A stretch of 64,000 nucleotides of DNA from Conexibacter sp. GTDB lineage: Bacteria > Actinomycetota > Thermoleophilia > Solirubrobacterales > Solirubrobacteraceae. This document shows, piece after piece, positions 28,078 through 36,987 of this stretch (within the stretch, counting starts at the first letter, position 1; the number at the start of each line of letters is the position of its first letter). Position numbers and translations under genes: made by a program. The stretch is taken from NCBI GenBank assembly GCA_035637995.1, contig DASRAV010000057.1, positions 102 through 64,101 of the forward strand, in the 5' to 3' direction. A model generated the notes under the pieces. The model was not told where the DNA came from. It saw nothing but the letters and a program-made list of their open reading frames with translations, and did no database searches.

Positions 28078-29406
28078 ATGAAGCGCTACCACGTCACGAC
28101 GTTCGGCTGTCAGATGAACGAGCACGACTCCGAGCGGATGAAGGGGATGCTGGAGTCGCTCGGGTATGCGGAGGCGGAGGAGCGCGAGGATGCTGATCTG
28201 ATCCTCTTCAACACGTGCTCGATCCGCGAGGCGGCGGACAATCGCTTCATCTCGCATCTCGGGGTCGCCAAGCGCGTCAAGCGCGAGCGGCCGGGCACGA
28301 TCGTCGGCGTCGGCGGCTGCTGGGCGCAGTCGGTCAAGGACGAGGTCTTCGAGCGCTTCCCGTTCGTCGACGTCGCGTTCGGGCCCGGGCAGGTGCACAA
28401 GCTCGCCGAGTTCCTCACGAGCGAGTCGCTCACCGCGCAGGGCTACTTCGAGTTCGAGGGCTTCACGGGCGAGCTGCCGGAGAAGCGCGGGCGCGAGTTC
28501 CAGGGCTGGGTGCAGATCTCCGTCGGCTGCAACATGGTCTGCTCGTACTGCATCGTGCCCTCGACGCGCGGGCGCGAGGTCTCACGGCCGCTCGCCGACC
28601 TCGTCGCCGACGTGCGGCGGATGGCCTCCGAGGGCGTCACGGAGGTCACGCTGCTCGGCCAGAACGTCAACTCCTACGGTCGCGACCTCGCGCGGCGGGG
28701 CAGCGCTCCCGCGAGCTTCGCCGAGCTGCTCGCCGCGGTCGACGCGGTCGAGGGGATCGAGCGGATCCGCTACACCTCGCCGCACCCGCAGGACATGAAG
28801 GACGACGTCGTCAGAGCGCACGCCGAGCTGGAAGCGCTGTGCGAACACATCCATCTGCCGCTGCAGTCGGGCTCCTCCCGGATGCTGAAGGCGATGCGGC
28901 GCACGTACACGCGCGAGCGCTACCTCGACCGCGTCGCGCTGATCCGCGAGCACGTGCCCGACTGCGCGCTCACGACCGACATCATCGTCGGCTTCCCCGG
29001 CGAGACCGAGGAGGACTTCGCGCAGACGCTCACGCTCGCCGAGGAGGTCGGCTACGACGGGGCGTTCACGTTCGTCTTCTCGCCGCGCCGCGGCACCGAG
29101 GCCGCGACCCTGCCCGAGCAGGTGCCGCACCCGGTGAAGGTCGAGCGGATGGAGCGCCTCGTCGAGGTGGTCCAGCGCCGCGCGCGCGAGCGGGCGCAGC
29201 GCTTCGTCGGACGCACCGTCGAGGTGCTCGTCGAGGGCCCGTCGCGCACCGACCCGACGCGCCTGCGCGGGCGCTCGCGCCACAACAAGGCCGTCAACTT
29301 CAGCGGCCTCGGGCAGCCCGGCGAGTACGTCCAGGTCGAGATTTCGAGTGCGACGAGCCAGACGCTCGCGGGCGAGGAATCGCTGATCGCCCGCGCGGCG
29401 CGCTGA
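28078..29406 (+). CDS. miaB: tRNA-2-methylthio-N6-dimethylallyladenosine synthase
   Basis: ATG 28078 (MKRYHVTTFGCQMNEHDSE). Radical-SAM CNMVCSYC. C-terminal TRAM domain. Confidence 0.95.
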   Translation: MKRYHVTTFGCQMNEHDSERMKGMLESLGYAEAEEREDADLILFNTCSIREAADNRFISHLGVAKRVKRERPGTIVGVGGCWAQSVKDEVFERFPFVDVAFGPGQVHKLAEFLTSESLTAQGYFEFEGFTGELPEKRGREFQGWVQISVGCNMVCSYCIVPSTRGREVSRPLADLVADVRRMASEGVTEVTLLGQNVNSYGRDLARRGSAPASFAELLAAVDAVEGIERIRYTSPHPQDMKDDVVRAHAELEALCEHIHLPLQSGSSRMLKAMRRTYTRERYLDRVALIREHVPDCALTTDIIVGFPGETEEDFAQTLTLAEEVGYDGAFTFVFSPRRGTEAATLPEQVPHPVKVERMERLVEVVQRRARERAQRFVGRTVEVLVEGPSRTDPTRLRGRSRHNKAVNFSGLGQPGEYVQVEISSATSQTLAGEESLIARAAR

Positions 29407-29427
29407 GCGCGCAGCCGTGAGCGCCGC

Positions 29428-30219
29428 TCAGCGGACCTCGCGCTGCGCGTCCGCCATGTCCACGGCGAGCCGCGTCGAGCCCATGCGGCGGGCGAGGCTC
29501 GCCGACAGCTCCGGCGCGAGGCCCGCGAACGCCGCGCCGAGCCGCACGCCGAGTGGAGCCACGTTGCCCTCGGAGCGGTTGCGCTCGATCGCCTTCACGA
29601 CGACCTTCGCGACGTCCTCGGGGGTGCGCGTGCCGACGCCGCGCGGCAGCTCGACGCCGGTCTTGGCGAACATGCCGGCGTCGCGGATGAAGCCGGGGTA
29701 GATCGTCGAGACGCCGACGCCGTGCGGCCGCAGATCCTCGCGCAGGCCGAGCGCGAAGCCGCGCATGCCGAACTTCGTCGCCGAGTAGAGCGAGCCGCCG
29801 GGCGTGGCGGCCTTGCCCGCGAGCGAGGAGATGAAGACGAGGTGCCCGTGACCGCGCGCGACCATCTGCTCGGAGATCAGCTTCGCGAGCATCACCGGCG
29901 CGCGCAGGTTCACGTCGAGCGCGCGGTCGATCTGCTCGACGGCGTAGTCGTCGAGCGTGCCGCTCGCCGGCAGCGCGGCGTTCGCGATCAGGATCTCGAC
30001 GTCGCCCGCCTCCTCGGCGAGGCGGTAGACGGAGGCACGGTCGGCGAGGTCGAGCGCGAGCGCGCGGCCGCCGACCTCGGCGGCGAGCGGCTCGAGCAGG
30101 TCGGCGCGGCGGCCCGTGAGGACGAGCTTTGCGCCGCGCTTGGCGAGCGCGCGGGCGATCGCGTGCCCGATGCCCCCACTGGCGCCCGTGAGCAGGGCGG
30201 TTCCTTTGATCTCGGTCAT
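29428..30219 (-). CDS. Short-chain dehydrogenase/reductase (SDR)
   Basis: 3' part of track ORF 29428..31473. ATG 30219. TGASGGIGHAIA cofactor motif and YSATK catalytic motif. Confidence 0.9.
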   Translation of the reverse strand: MTEIKGTALLTGASGGIGHAIARALAKRGAKLVLTGRRADLLEPLAAEVGGRALALDLADRASVYRLAEEAGDVEILIANAALPASGTLDDYAVEQIDRALDVNLRAPVMLAKLISEQMVARGHGHLVFISSLAGKAATPGGSLYSATKFGMRGFALGLREDLRPHGVGVSTIYPGFIRDAGMFAKTGVELPRGVGTRTPEDVAKVVVKAIERNRSEGNVAPLGVRLGAAFAGLAPELSASLARRMGSTRLAVDMADAQREVR

Positions 30220-30278
30220 GGGCGACAGCCTGTCACAGCGGCGCGCCGGCGAGCGCCGACGGATCGACCGGCCGCGAC

Positions 30279-31439
30279 TCAGGCGAACAGCGCGACGGTC
30301 GCCGTGAAGCTGTGGATGAAGTTCGCCCCGCCGACGGGACCGATCTCCCCGGCCGCGAAGAAACCGGCGGACGGAGCGCCGTCGAGCTGGTCGGCGAGCG
30401 CGCCGGCGTCGTGGTCGGCGACACCGAACATCTCTCTGCCGCGCGAGTGGCACGCGAACGCGAGCGCGCCGGCAGGGGCGCCGCCGAGCGCCGCGACGCG
30501 CACGCGCAGCTGCTCCTCCAGATCGCGATCCGCGGACGCCGCGTCGCGGGCGTGCAGGCGCAGCACCTGACCCTCCTCGACGGGGGCGGCGATCGCGAGC
30601 GTGCCGGCGACGGGGTCGGCGCCGAGCAGCTGGCGCACGAGGAAGTCGCCGTGCTCGTAGTCCGGGCGCCCGCCGTCGACGACCATCCCGACGAGCAGGC
30701 CGCCGGCGATCAGCGTGTGCTCGCGCGGGTCGAGCTCCTCGATCACGGCGCGTATGCGATCGAGCGCCGGGCGCCCCGCGAGCTCGTGGATGACGTTGCC
30801 CTCGCACGCGGTGACCGTCATCTCGGGACCGACGGGCACCGCGCCCTGCGAGACGCACGGCAGCAGCTCGACGCCCTCGAAGCGCACGCCGACGGCACCG
30901 CCGTCGCAGACCTCGTCGCCGTGGAAGAGCGCGCCGCTGTCCTGCGCCGTGCGCGCGCTCGCAAGCCCGCCGAGGACCGGCACGCCCGGCGCGCGCGCGG
31001 CGAGGTCCTGCAGCAGCGGCTCCGTCGGGAAGGAGAACGGGTCGGGCAGCAGGATCGCCCCGGAGGCGCCGGCGATGTCCTCCATGCCCATGACGGTGAC
31101 CATGTCGTCGTTGACGGCGGCGGTCGCGTGGAAGGTGCGGGCGCTGCCGCCGTCGAGCGCCGCCGTCCACACGGCGACGGCCGTCGTGCCGTCGGCGTGC
31201 TCGGCGCCGCAGCCCAGCACGCCCCCGGCGCCGCAGCCGATCAGCGCGGGCGGGCGCAGCGCCTCGTGCACGCCCTCGAGCGTCGCTTCGGGCGCGGCGA
31301 GGTGCGCGCCGGAGGCGAACACGATCGCGAGATCCGCCGCGCGGCCGTCGAGCGCGGCGCGGGCGGCCTGCGCGGCCTCGATCGCACCGACGCGCGCATC
31401 GCCGTGCAGTGAGATCCCCGTGCCGATTCGTACGCCCAC
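30279..31439 (-). CDS. FIST (N+C) domain signalling/sensor protein
   Basis: 386 aa. The pattern AIVFASGAH...IGCGAGGVLG...GGLASA...ACHSRG is typical of FIST_N/FIST_C proteins. Family call is from memory of domain signatures. Confidence 0.7.
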   Translation of the reverse strand: MGVRIGTGISLHGDARVGAIEAAQAARAALDGRAADLAIVFASGAHLAAPEATLEGVHEALRPPALIGCGAGGVLGCGAEHADGTTAVAVWTAALDGGSARTFHATAAVNDDMVTVMGMEDIAGASGAILLPDPFSFPTEPLLQDLAARAPGVPVLGGLASARTAQDSGALFHGDEVCDGGAVGVRFEGVELLPCVSQGAVPVGPEMTVTACEGNVIHELAGRPALDRIRAVIEELDPREHTLIAGGLLVGMVVDGGRPDYEHGDFLVRQLLGADPVAGTLAIAAPVEEGQVLRLHARDAASADRDLEEQLRVRVAALGGAPAGALAFACHSRGREMFGVADHDAGALADQLDGAPSAGFFAAGEIGPVGGANFIHSFTATVALFA

Positions 31440-31511
31440 TGTTCAACGATACCCCCGCACCGCAAGTCGGCATAAAGCTTCAAGCAGCGCTCCAGCGCGA
31501 TACTCCGCGGC

Positions 31512-32417
31512 GTGCCCGCGCCGAGCGTGATCGCGATCTTCGGGCCGACCGGGATCGGCAAGACGGCGGTCGCGCTCGCGCTCGCGCAGCGCCTGCGCGC
31601 GGCCGGCGAGGATCCGGTCGCGATCTCCGCCGACGCGCTGCAGGTCTATCGCGGTCTGGAGCTGCTGACGGGTGCGGCGAACCGTGTGCAGCGCGCCGCG
31701 CTCGAGCACCGGCTGCTGTCGTTCCTGCCCGTCGACGCGACGTTCAGCGCCGGCCAGTACGCCGAGCTCGCGCATGCGGAGATCAACGCGGCGCTCGCGG
31801 CCGGGCGCCGGCCGCTCGTCGTCGGCGGGACCGGGCTCTACCTGCGCGCCGCGCTGACCGAGCTGTCGCTGCGCCCGCCGCCCCCGGAGGGGCTGCGCGA
31901 GCACTGGCAGACGGAGCTCGACCGCCGCGGCCCACCGGCGCTGCACGCCCGCCTGGCGCAGCGTGCGCCGTGGGCGGCGCAGACGATCGATCCCAACGAC
32001 CGTCAGCGGATCGTGCGCGCGCTCGAGCTGCTCGACGCCGGCGAGCTCGAGCCGCCGGAGGGGCCGTCGCAGCTGTGGACCGACGCGGTGCGCCATCCGA
32101 CGCTGCTCGCCGGGCTCGTGATGGAGCGCGAGGTGCTCTACGCGCGCATCGACGCACGGGTCGAGCAGATGCTCGCCGCCGGCGCGCGCGAGGAGGTGCT
32201 GCGCGCACACGCCGCCGGCGCGTCGGAGACAGCGCGCAAGGCGCTCGGCTTCGAGGAGCTGCTGACCGGCGACGTCGACGGGATGAAGCGGCGCACGCGC
32301 AACTACGCGCGCCGGCAGCTGACGTGGATGCGCAAGCTCGCCGGCGTGCGCACGCTCGACGTGACGGGGCGCACAGCGGAGGACGTCGCCGACGAGCTCG
32401 CCGCCTCCGCCGCCTGA
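31512..32417 (+). CDS. miaA: tRNA dimethylallyltransferase
   Basis: GTG 31512. P-loop IFGPTGIGKTAVA. Also DALQVYRGL and RRQLTWMR motifs. Confidence 0.94.
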   Translation: MPAPSVIAIFGPTGIGKTAVALALAQRLRAAGEDPVAISADALQVYRGLELLTGAANRVQRAALEHRLLSFLPVDATFSAGQYAELAHAEINAALAAGRRPLVVGGTGLYLRAALTELSLRPPPPEGLREHWQTELDRRGPPALHARLAQRAPWAAQTIDPNDRQRIVRALELLDAGELEPPEGPSQLWTDAVRHPTLLAGLVMEREVLYARIDARVEQMLAAGAREEVLRAHAAGASETARKALGFEELLTGDVDGMKRRTRNYARRQLTWMRKLAGVRTLDVTGRTAEDVADELAASAA

Positions 32418-32430
32418 GCGGCCGCTCGCC

Positions 32431-32859
32431 TCAGACGACGACCTTCGCCTTCATCCGCTCGTACTCCTCCGGCGTGATCGCGCCGCGATCGCGCAGGTCG
32501 GCGAGCTTGTGCAGCTCGTCCACCGGCGAGGACGCCACCGAGCGGATGTACTGGTCTGTGGCCTTCTGGGCCTCCGCCTGCTCGGCGAGCGCCCGCTCGC
32601 GCATCCCGCCGCCGCGCGCGATCAGATAGATCAGCACCGCGATGACGGGCACGAAGAGCAGGAACAGCAGCCAGACCGCCTTCCACCAGCCGGACAGCTC
32701 GTGGTCGCGGAACAGGTCGATCAGGATCGTGATCAGGATCCACACCCAGATCACGAGGAAGAAGAGGGCGAGCACGGTCAGCAGCCCGTCGCCAAGGTCG
32801 TAGTCGGCGAGGATCGGGGTCATCGGACCTCCAAGCCTGGGGGATGGGACGTACCTCAT
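32431..32859 (-). CDS. Membrane protein with PLD-nuclease N-terminal (PLDc_N) TM domain and C-terminal SHOCT domain
   Basis: Two TM helices (VIWVWILITILIDLF..WWKAVWLLFLLFVPVIAVLIYLIARGG). SHOCT motif LHKLADLRDRGAITPEEYERMKAKV. The start may be the internal ATG at 32823. Confidence 0.8.
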   Translation of the reverse strand: MRYVPSPRLGGPMTPILADYDLGDGLLTVLALFFLVIWVWILITILIDLFRDHELSGWWKAVWLLFLLFVPVIAVLIYLIARGGGMRERALAEQAEAQKATDQYIRSVASSPVDELHKLADLRDRGAITPEEYERMKAKVVV

Positions 32860-32921
32860 TGGGGTGCATACCCAGATGACCGGCCGGCGTACGTTTTTCG
32901 CGAATCGCTACGCTCCCGCCC

Positions 32922-33782
32922 GTGCGGTTCGAGAAGTGGCAGGCGCTCGGCAACGACTACGTGATCGTCGAGGCGCAGGAGCTGCCGTTCGAGCTCACGC
33001 CCGCGCGGGTGCGCGCGATCTGCGCGCCGCACCTGGGGGTCGGGTCGGATGGGATCCTGCTGCTGCTGGCGCCCGACGAGCCCGGCTACGTCGCGCGGCT
33101 GCGGATCTTCAACCCCGACGGATCCGAGCCGGAGCTGTCGGGCAACGGCGCGCGCCAGGCGATCCTCTACCTGCGTGCGCGCGGCTGGACCGACGCCGAC
33201 GTCTTCTCGATCCAGACGCTCGCCGGCGAGATCAGGCCGACGATCACCGGGCCCGCGACGTGCCGGGTCGACATGGGCCGCGCGTCGACGACCTCGGCGG
33301 ACTATCCCGACGGCGCGCAGGATGGCGTCGGCACGCTCGCGGCGGACGGCCGCGAGTGGCGCTTCCAGCACGTCTCGATCGGCAACCCGCAGTGCGCGAT
33401 CCACGTCGCGTCCGAGGCGGAGCTGATGGCGCTCGACCTGCCGGCGATCGGGCCGGCGATCGAGGCGCACCCGCTGTTCCCGCGTCGCACGAACGTCTCC
33501 TGGTATGCCGCGACCGCGCCCGATCGGATCCGCGTGCGGATCTTCGAGCGCGGCGTCGGCGAGACGCTCTCCTCCGGCACCGGCGCCACCGGCGCCGCCG
33601 TGGCGCATGTGCTGCGCGGCGGCGGGGACGCCGACGGGCGCGTGACGGTGCTGCTCGACGGCGGCGAGATGGAGGCCGAGGTCGGCGAGGACCTGGGCGT
33701 GAAGCTGACCGGCTGGGCGCTGCCCGTCTACGCCGGAGTACTGTCAGATGACTTCCTGAAGGAGCTGCAGAGCATTGACTGA
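32922..33782 (+). CDS. dapF: Diaminopimelate epimerase
   Basis: FEKWQALGNDYVIV. Catalytic Cys regions NPDGSEPELSGNGARQ and ERGVGETLSSGTGATG. Confidence 0.94.
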   Translation: MRFEKWQALGNDYVIVEAQELPFELTPARVRAICAPHLGVGSDGILLLLAPDEPGYVARLRIFNPDGSEPELSGNGARQAILYLRARGWTDADVFSIQTLAGEIRPTITGPATCRVDMGRASTTSADYPDGAQDGVGTLAADGREWRFQHVSIGNPQCAIHVASEAELMALDLPAIGPAIEAHPLFPRRTNVSWYAATAPDRIRVRIFERGVGETLSSGTGATGAAVAHVLRGGGDADGRVTVLLDGGEMEAEVGEDLGVKLTGWALPVYAGVLSDDFLKELQSID

Positions 33783-33792
33783 GGATCTGGCC

Positions 33793-34956
33793 ATGCGACC
33801 GAGCAGGCGCCTGGAGCGCATACCGCCCTACCTCTTCGCGCAGCTGGAGCGCAAGATCGCGGAGAAGAAGGCCGCGGGGGTGGACGTGATCTCGCTCGGC
33901 ATCGGCGATCCCGACATGCCGACGTACCCGCCGATCGTCGAGGCGATGCAGCGCGCGGTCGCCGATCCGGGCATGCACCGCTACCCGACGAACCGCGGCC
34001 GCCCCGAGTTCCGCGCGGCGGTCGGCGCGTTCTACGAGCGCCGCTTCGGGGTCGCGCTCGACGTCGAGACCGAGGTGATGGCGGCGCTGGGAGCGAAGGA
34101 GTGCATCTTCCACCTCAACGTCGCGTTCCTCGACCCCGAGGACGTCGCGCTCGCGTCCGACCCGGGCTATCCGGTCTACACCGCCGGGCCGCTGCTGGCG
34201 GGCGCCGAGGCGGTGCTGATGCCGCTCATGCCGGAGCTCGGCTTCGCACCCGACCTCGACGCGATCACCGCTGAGGACGCCGCGCGCGCGAAGCTGCTGT
34301 TCGTCAACTATCCGAACAATCCGACGGGCGCGGTCGTGCCGGAGGGCTTCTTCGAGCGGGTCGTCGCGTTCGCGCGCGAGCACGACATCCTGGTCGTCCA
34401 CGACAACGCGTACAGCGAGACGACGTTCGACGGCTACCGCGCGCCGTCGTTCCTCGAGACGCCGGGGGCGAAGGAGGTCGGCGTCGAGGTCTTCTCGCTC
34501 TCGAAGGGCTACTGCATGACCGGCTGGCGCTGTGCGGCGATCGTCGGCAACGCCGAGGCGATCGCGCAGTACTGGCGGCTGAAGTCGAACGTCGACTCGG
34601 GGCTGTTCGAGGCGGTGCAGCTCGCCGGCGCGGCGGCGCTGGATCCGTCGGTCGACGCCTACGTGGCCGAGATGAACGCCGTCTACGCGCGCCGGCGCGA
34701 CCTCGTGTGCTCCGCGCTGCGCGCGGCCGGGGTGGAGGTGACGCCGCCGAAGGGCACGATCTACGTGTGGGCGCCGATCCCCGACGGGTATGAGAGCGCC
34801 GCCGCGTACTGCGCGCACGTGCTGGAGCAGACCGGTGTCGTGATCTCCCCCGGTGGAGCCTACGGCGCCTCCGGCGAAGGCTTCTTCCGCATCGCGCTCA
34901 CCGCGCCCGACGAGCGGATCGTCGAAGCGGTGGAGCGGCTGCGGCGGCTGGGCTGA
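33793..34956 (+). CDS. dapL: LL-diaminopimelate aminotransferase-like class I/II aminotransferase
   Basis: N-terminus RLERIPPYLFAQLERKIAEKKAAGVDVISLGIGDPDMPT. PLP-lysine region FSLSKGYCMTGWR. Immediately downstream of dapF. Alternative TTG start at 33775. Confidence 0.75.
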   Translation: MRPSRRLERIPPYLFAQLERKIAEKKAAGVDVISLGIGDPDMPTYPPIVEAMQRAVADPGMHRYPTNRGRPEFRAAVGAFYERRFGVALDVETEVMAALGAKECIFHLNVAFLDPEDVALASDPGYPVYTAGPLLAGAEAVLMPLMPELGFAPDLDAITAEDAARAKLLFVNYPNNPTGAVVPEGFFERVVAFAREHDILVVHDNAYSETTFDGYRAPSFLETPGAKEVGVEVFSLSKGYCMTGWRCAAIVGNAEAIAQYWRLKSNVDSGLFEAVQLAGAAALDPSVDAYVAEMNAVYARRRDLVCSALRAAGVEVTPPKGTIYVWAPIPDGYESAAAYCAHVLEQTGVVISPGGAYGASGEGFFRIALTAPDERIVEAVERLRRLG

Positions 34957-34975
34957 GCAGGGCTAGACTGGACGC

Positions 34976-36283
34976 GTGAACACGCGCAGCCGCAACGGCC
35001 GCACAGCGCAGACCCCTGCGCGCGCAGGCACGCCGGTCGGGCGCGCGCGTCAGCGCGCGCTCGCGGTGTCGGTGACGCCGGCCGGGGAGGATCTGACGGA
35101 GCTCGAGGAGCTGCTGCACACCGCCGGCGTCGCGACCGTCGGGAAGGTCGTGCAGCATCGCGAGCAGCCGCATCCGAACACGTACGTCGGGCCCGGCAAG
35201 CTCGAGGAGATCAAGGAGCGGATCGCGTCCGACGACGCGAACCTGATCGCCTGCGACGACGAGCTCTCGCCCCGTCAGGGGCGCAACCTGGAGGAGGCGC
35301 TCGGGATACCGGTGATCGACCGCACGGCGATCATCCTCGACATCTTCGCCGGGCACGCGCACACCGCGGAGGGGAAGCTGCAGGTCGAGCTGGCGCAGCT
35401 CGAGTACAACCTCGCGCGGATGCGCGGGCTGTGGACGCACCTCGAGCGCCTCGGCGGCGGCGTCGGGACGCGCGGACCGGGGGAGACCCAGATCGAGACC
35501 GACCGCCGCCTGGCGCGCGACCGCATCGCCGCGCTGCGGCGCCGGCTCGCGCGCGTCAAGTCCTCGCGCGACGTGATGCGCGCCGAGCGCGAGCGGGCGC
35601 AGCTGCCGACGGTGGCGCTCGTGGGGTACACGAACGCCGGCAAGTCGACGCTGCTGAACGCGCTCACCGGCGCCGACGTGGGGGTGCGCGACCGCCTCTT
35701 CCACACGCTCGATCCCACGACCCGCGGCTGGCGGCTCGGCGGGCGCGAGTTCCTCCTGACCGACACCGTCGGCTTCATCCGCAAGCTGCCGCATCAGCTC
35801 GTCGACGCCTTCGGCGCGACGCTGGAGGAGACGCGGATGGCGGACCTGCTGGTGCATGTCGTCGACGCGTCCGCGCCGGAGACGGATCTGGACGAGATGC
35901 TGAAGGCGGTCGACGCCGTGCTCGCCGACATCGGCGCCGGCGAGCAGCCGCGGATGCTCGTGCTCAACAAGGCCGATGCGCTCGACGAGGCCGGTCGCGA
36001 CGATGTCCTGTTGCGCCACCCGGACGGGCTGCTCGTCTCCGCCCTCAGCGGCGAGGGGCTCGAGCCGCTGGGCGAGCGCATCGAGGCCGAGTTCGCCCGC
36101 GCGCTGCGGGACGTCGAGCTGCTGCTGCCCTACCGCGACGGCGGGCAGCTCGCCGAGCTGCACGAACTTGCCGGCGACCTGCTGCGCGAGGACACGCCCG
36201 ACGGCGTGCGCGTCAAGGTGCGCCTGCCGGCGACGGTCGCGGCGCGCTTCGATCGCTACGCGGTCAACGGACGCCCCGGCTGA
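34976..36283 (+). CDS. hflX: GTPase HflX
   Basis: HflX N-domain (LSPRQGRNLEEALGIPVIDRTAIILDIFA). G1 GYTNAGKST, G3 DTVGF, G4 NKAD. Confidence 0.95.
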   Translation: MNTRSRNGRTAQTPARAGTPVGRARQRALAVSVTPAGEDLTELEELLHTAGVATVGKVVQHREQPHPNTYVGPGKLEEIKERIASDDANLIACDDELSPRQGRNLEEALGIPVIDRTAIILDIFAGHAHTAEGKLQVELAQLEYNLARMRGLWTHLERLGGGVGTRGPGETQIETDRRLARDRIAALRRRLARVKSSRDVMRAERERAQLPTVALVGYTNAGKSTLLNALTGADVGVRDRLFHTLDPTTRGWRLGGREFLLTDTVGFIRKLPHQLVDAFGATLEETRMADLLVHVVDASAPETDLDEMLKAVDAVLADIGAGEQPRMLVLNKADALDEAGRDDVLLRHPDGLLVSALSGEGLEPLGERIEAEFARALRDVELLLPYRDGGQLAELHELAGDLLREDTPDGVRVKVRLPATVAARFDRYAVNGRPG

Positions 36284-36290
36284 GCGCCGA

Positions 36291-36743
36291 TCAGGAGAGC
36301 CCGGAGGATCCCCAGCCGCTTGCTCCGCGGTCGTCGGGCGATCCCGGCAGCTCGTCGACGAGGTTGAGCGCCGGCGCCCAGAACGGCAAGAGGAGCAGCT
36401 GGGCGATGCGGTCCCCGGCCGCCGCTTCGAACAGCTCAGAGCCGCTGTTGGCGAGCGTCACGCAGATCTCGCCGCGGAAGTTCGGGTCGATCAGCCCGCC
36501 GAAGGGTGCGACGCCGTGGTTGGCCGCCAGGCCGGAGCGCGGCACGACGATGCCGCACACCTCGGGTGGTAGCGCGACCGCGATGCCGGTCGGCACCTTC
36601 AGCCGCTGACCGCTCGCGAGCACGACCGCCTCGACGCAGCGCAGGTCGATGCCCGCATCCCCCGGCCGGCTGCGCACGGGGGGGACCGCGCCGGGGCGCA
36701 CGAGCTGCACGTCGAGCTCGGCGAGGACGGTCGCGGACAGCAT
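36291..36743 (-). CDS. dut: dUTP diphosphatase
   Basis: Motifs GDAGIDL, PRSGLA, GLIDPNFRGE, RIAQL, and C-terminal RGASGWGSSG. Confidence 0.93.
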   Translation of the reverse strand: MLSATVLAELDVQLVRPGAVPPVRSRPGDAGIDLRCVEAVVLASGQRLKVPTGIAVALPPEVCGIVVPRSGLAANHGVAPFGGLIDPNFRGEICVTLANSGSELFEAAAGDRIAQLLLLPFWAPALNLVDELPGSPDDRGASGWGSSGLS

Positions 36744-36803
36744 GCGCGTGGAGTGTTCCGGGCGCGTCGGATGGATCGGACCGGCACACGGCCGCCACCG
36801 GCC

Positions 36804-36828
36804 CGCGAGCGTTCACTGAACGCTCGCG
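36804..36828. promoter_or_regulatory. Perfect 25-bp palindrome (12-bp arms, 1-nt centre) upstream of dut
   Basis: CGCGAGCGTTCA-C-TGAACGCTCGCG, 61-85 nt upstream of the dut ATG and downstream of the opu operon. Confidence 0.5.
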
Positions 36829-36944
36829 ACTTCTTCACCGACTCGTCACCGGTGGGCGTCGGCGCCATCCCTAGCGTCATGGGCGGCGATGCACGTGCCC
36901 GCCCGTGGGGGCGGTCGGGCAGCGGATGGAGTCGCCGCACAGAG

Positions 36945-36976
36945 CGCCGGGGCCAGCGCGGAGCGCGGCCCCGGCG
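36945..36976 (-). terminator. Putative terminator hairpin after the opu-type ABC operon
   Basis: CGCCGGGGCC ... GGCCCCGGCG is a 10-bp GC stem with a 12-nt loop, 12 nt past the binding-protein stop. Only a weak U-tract follows on the minus strand. Confidence 0.4.
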
Positions 36977-36987
36977 ACGTGCTGCCG

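Noticed and set aside
30220-31473. N-terminal 418 aa of track ORF 29428..31473 (which would make a 681-aa protein)
   Set aside because: Only the last 263 aa (from ATG 30219) form an SDR. The upstream part is an Arg-rich alternative frame of the FIST gene (30279..31439).
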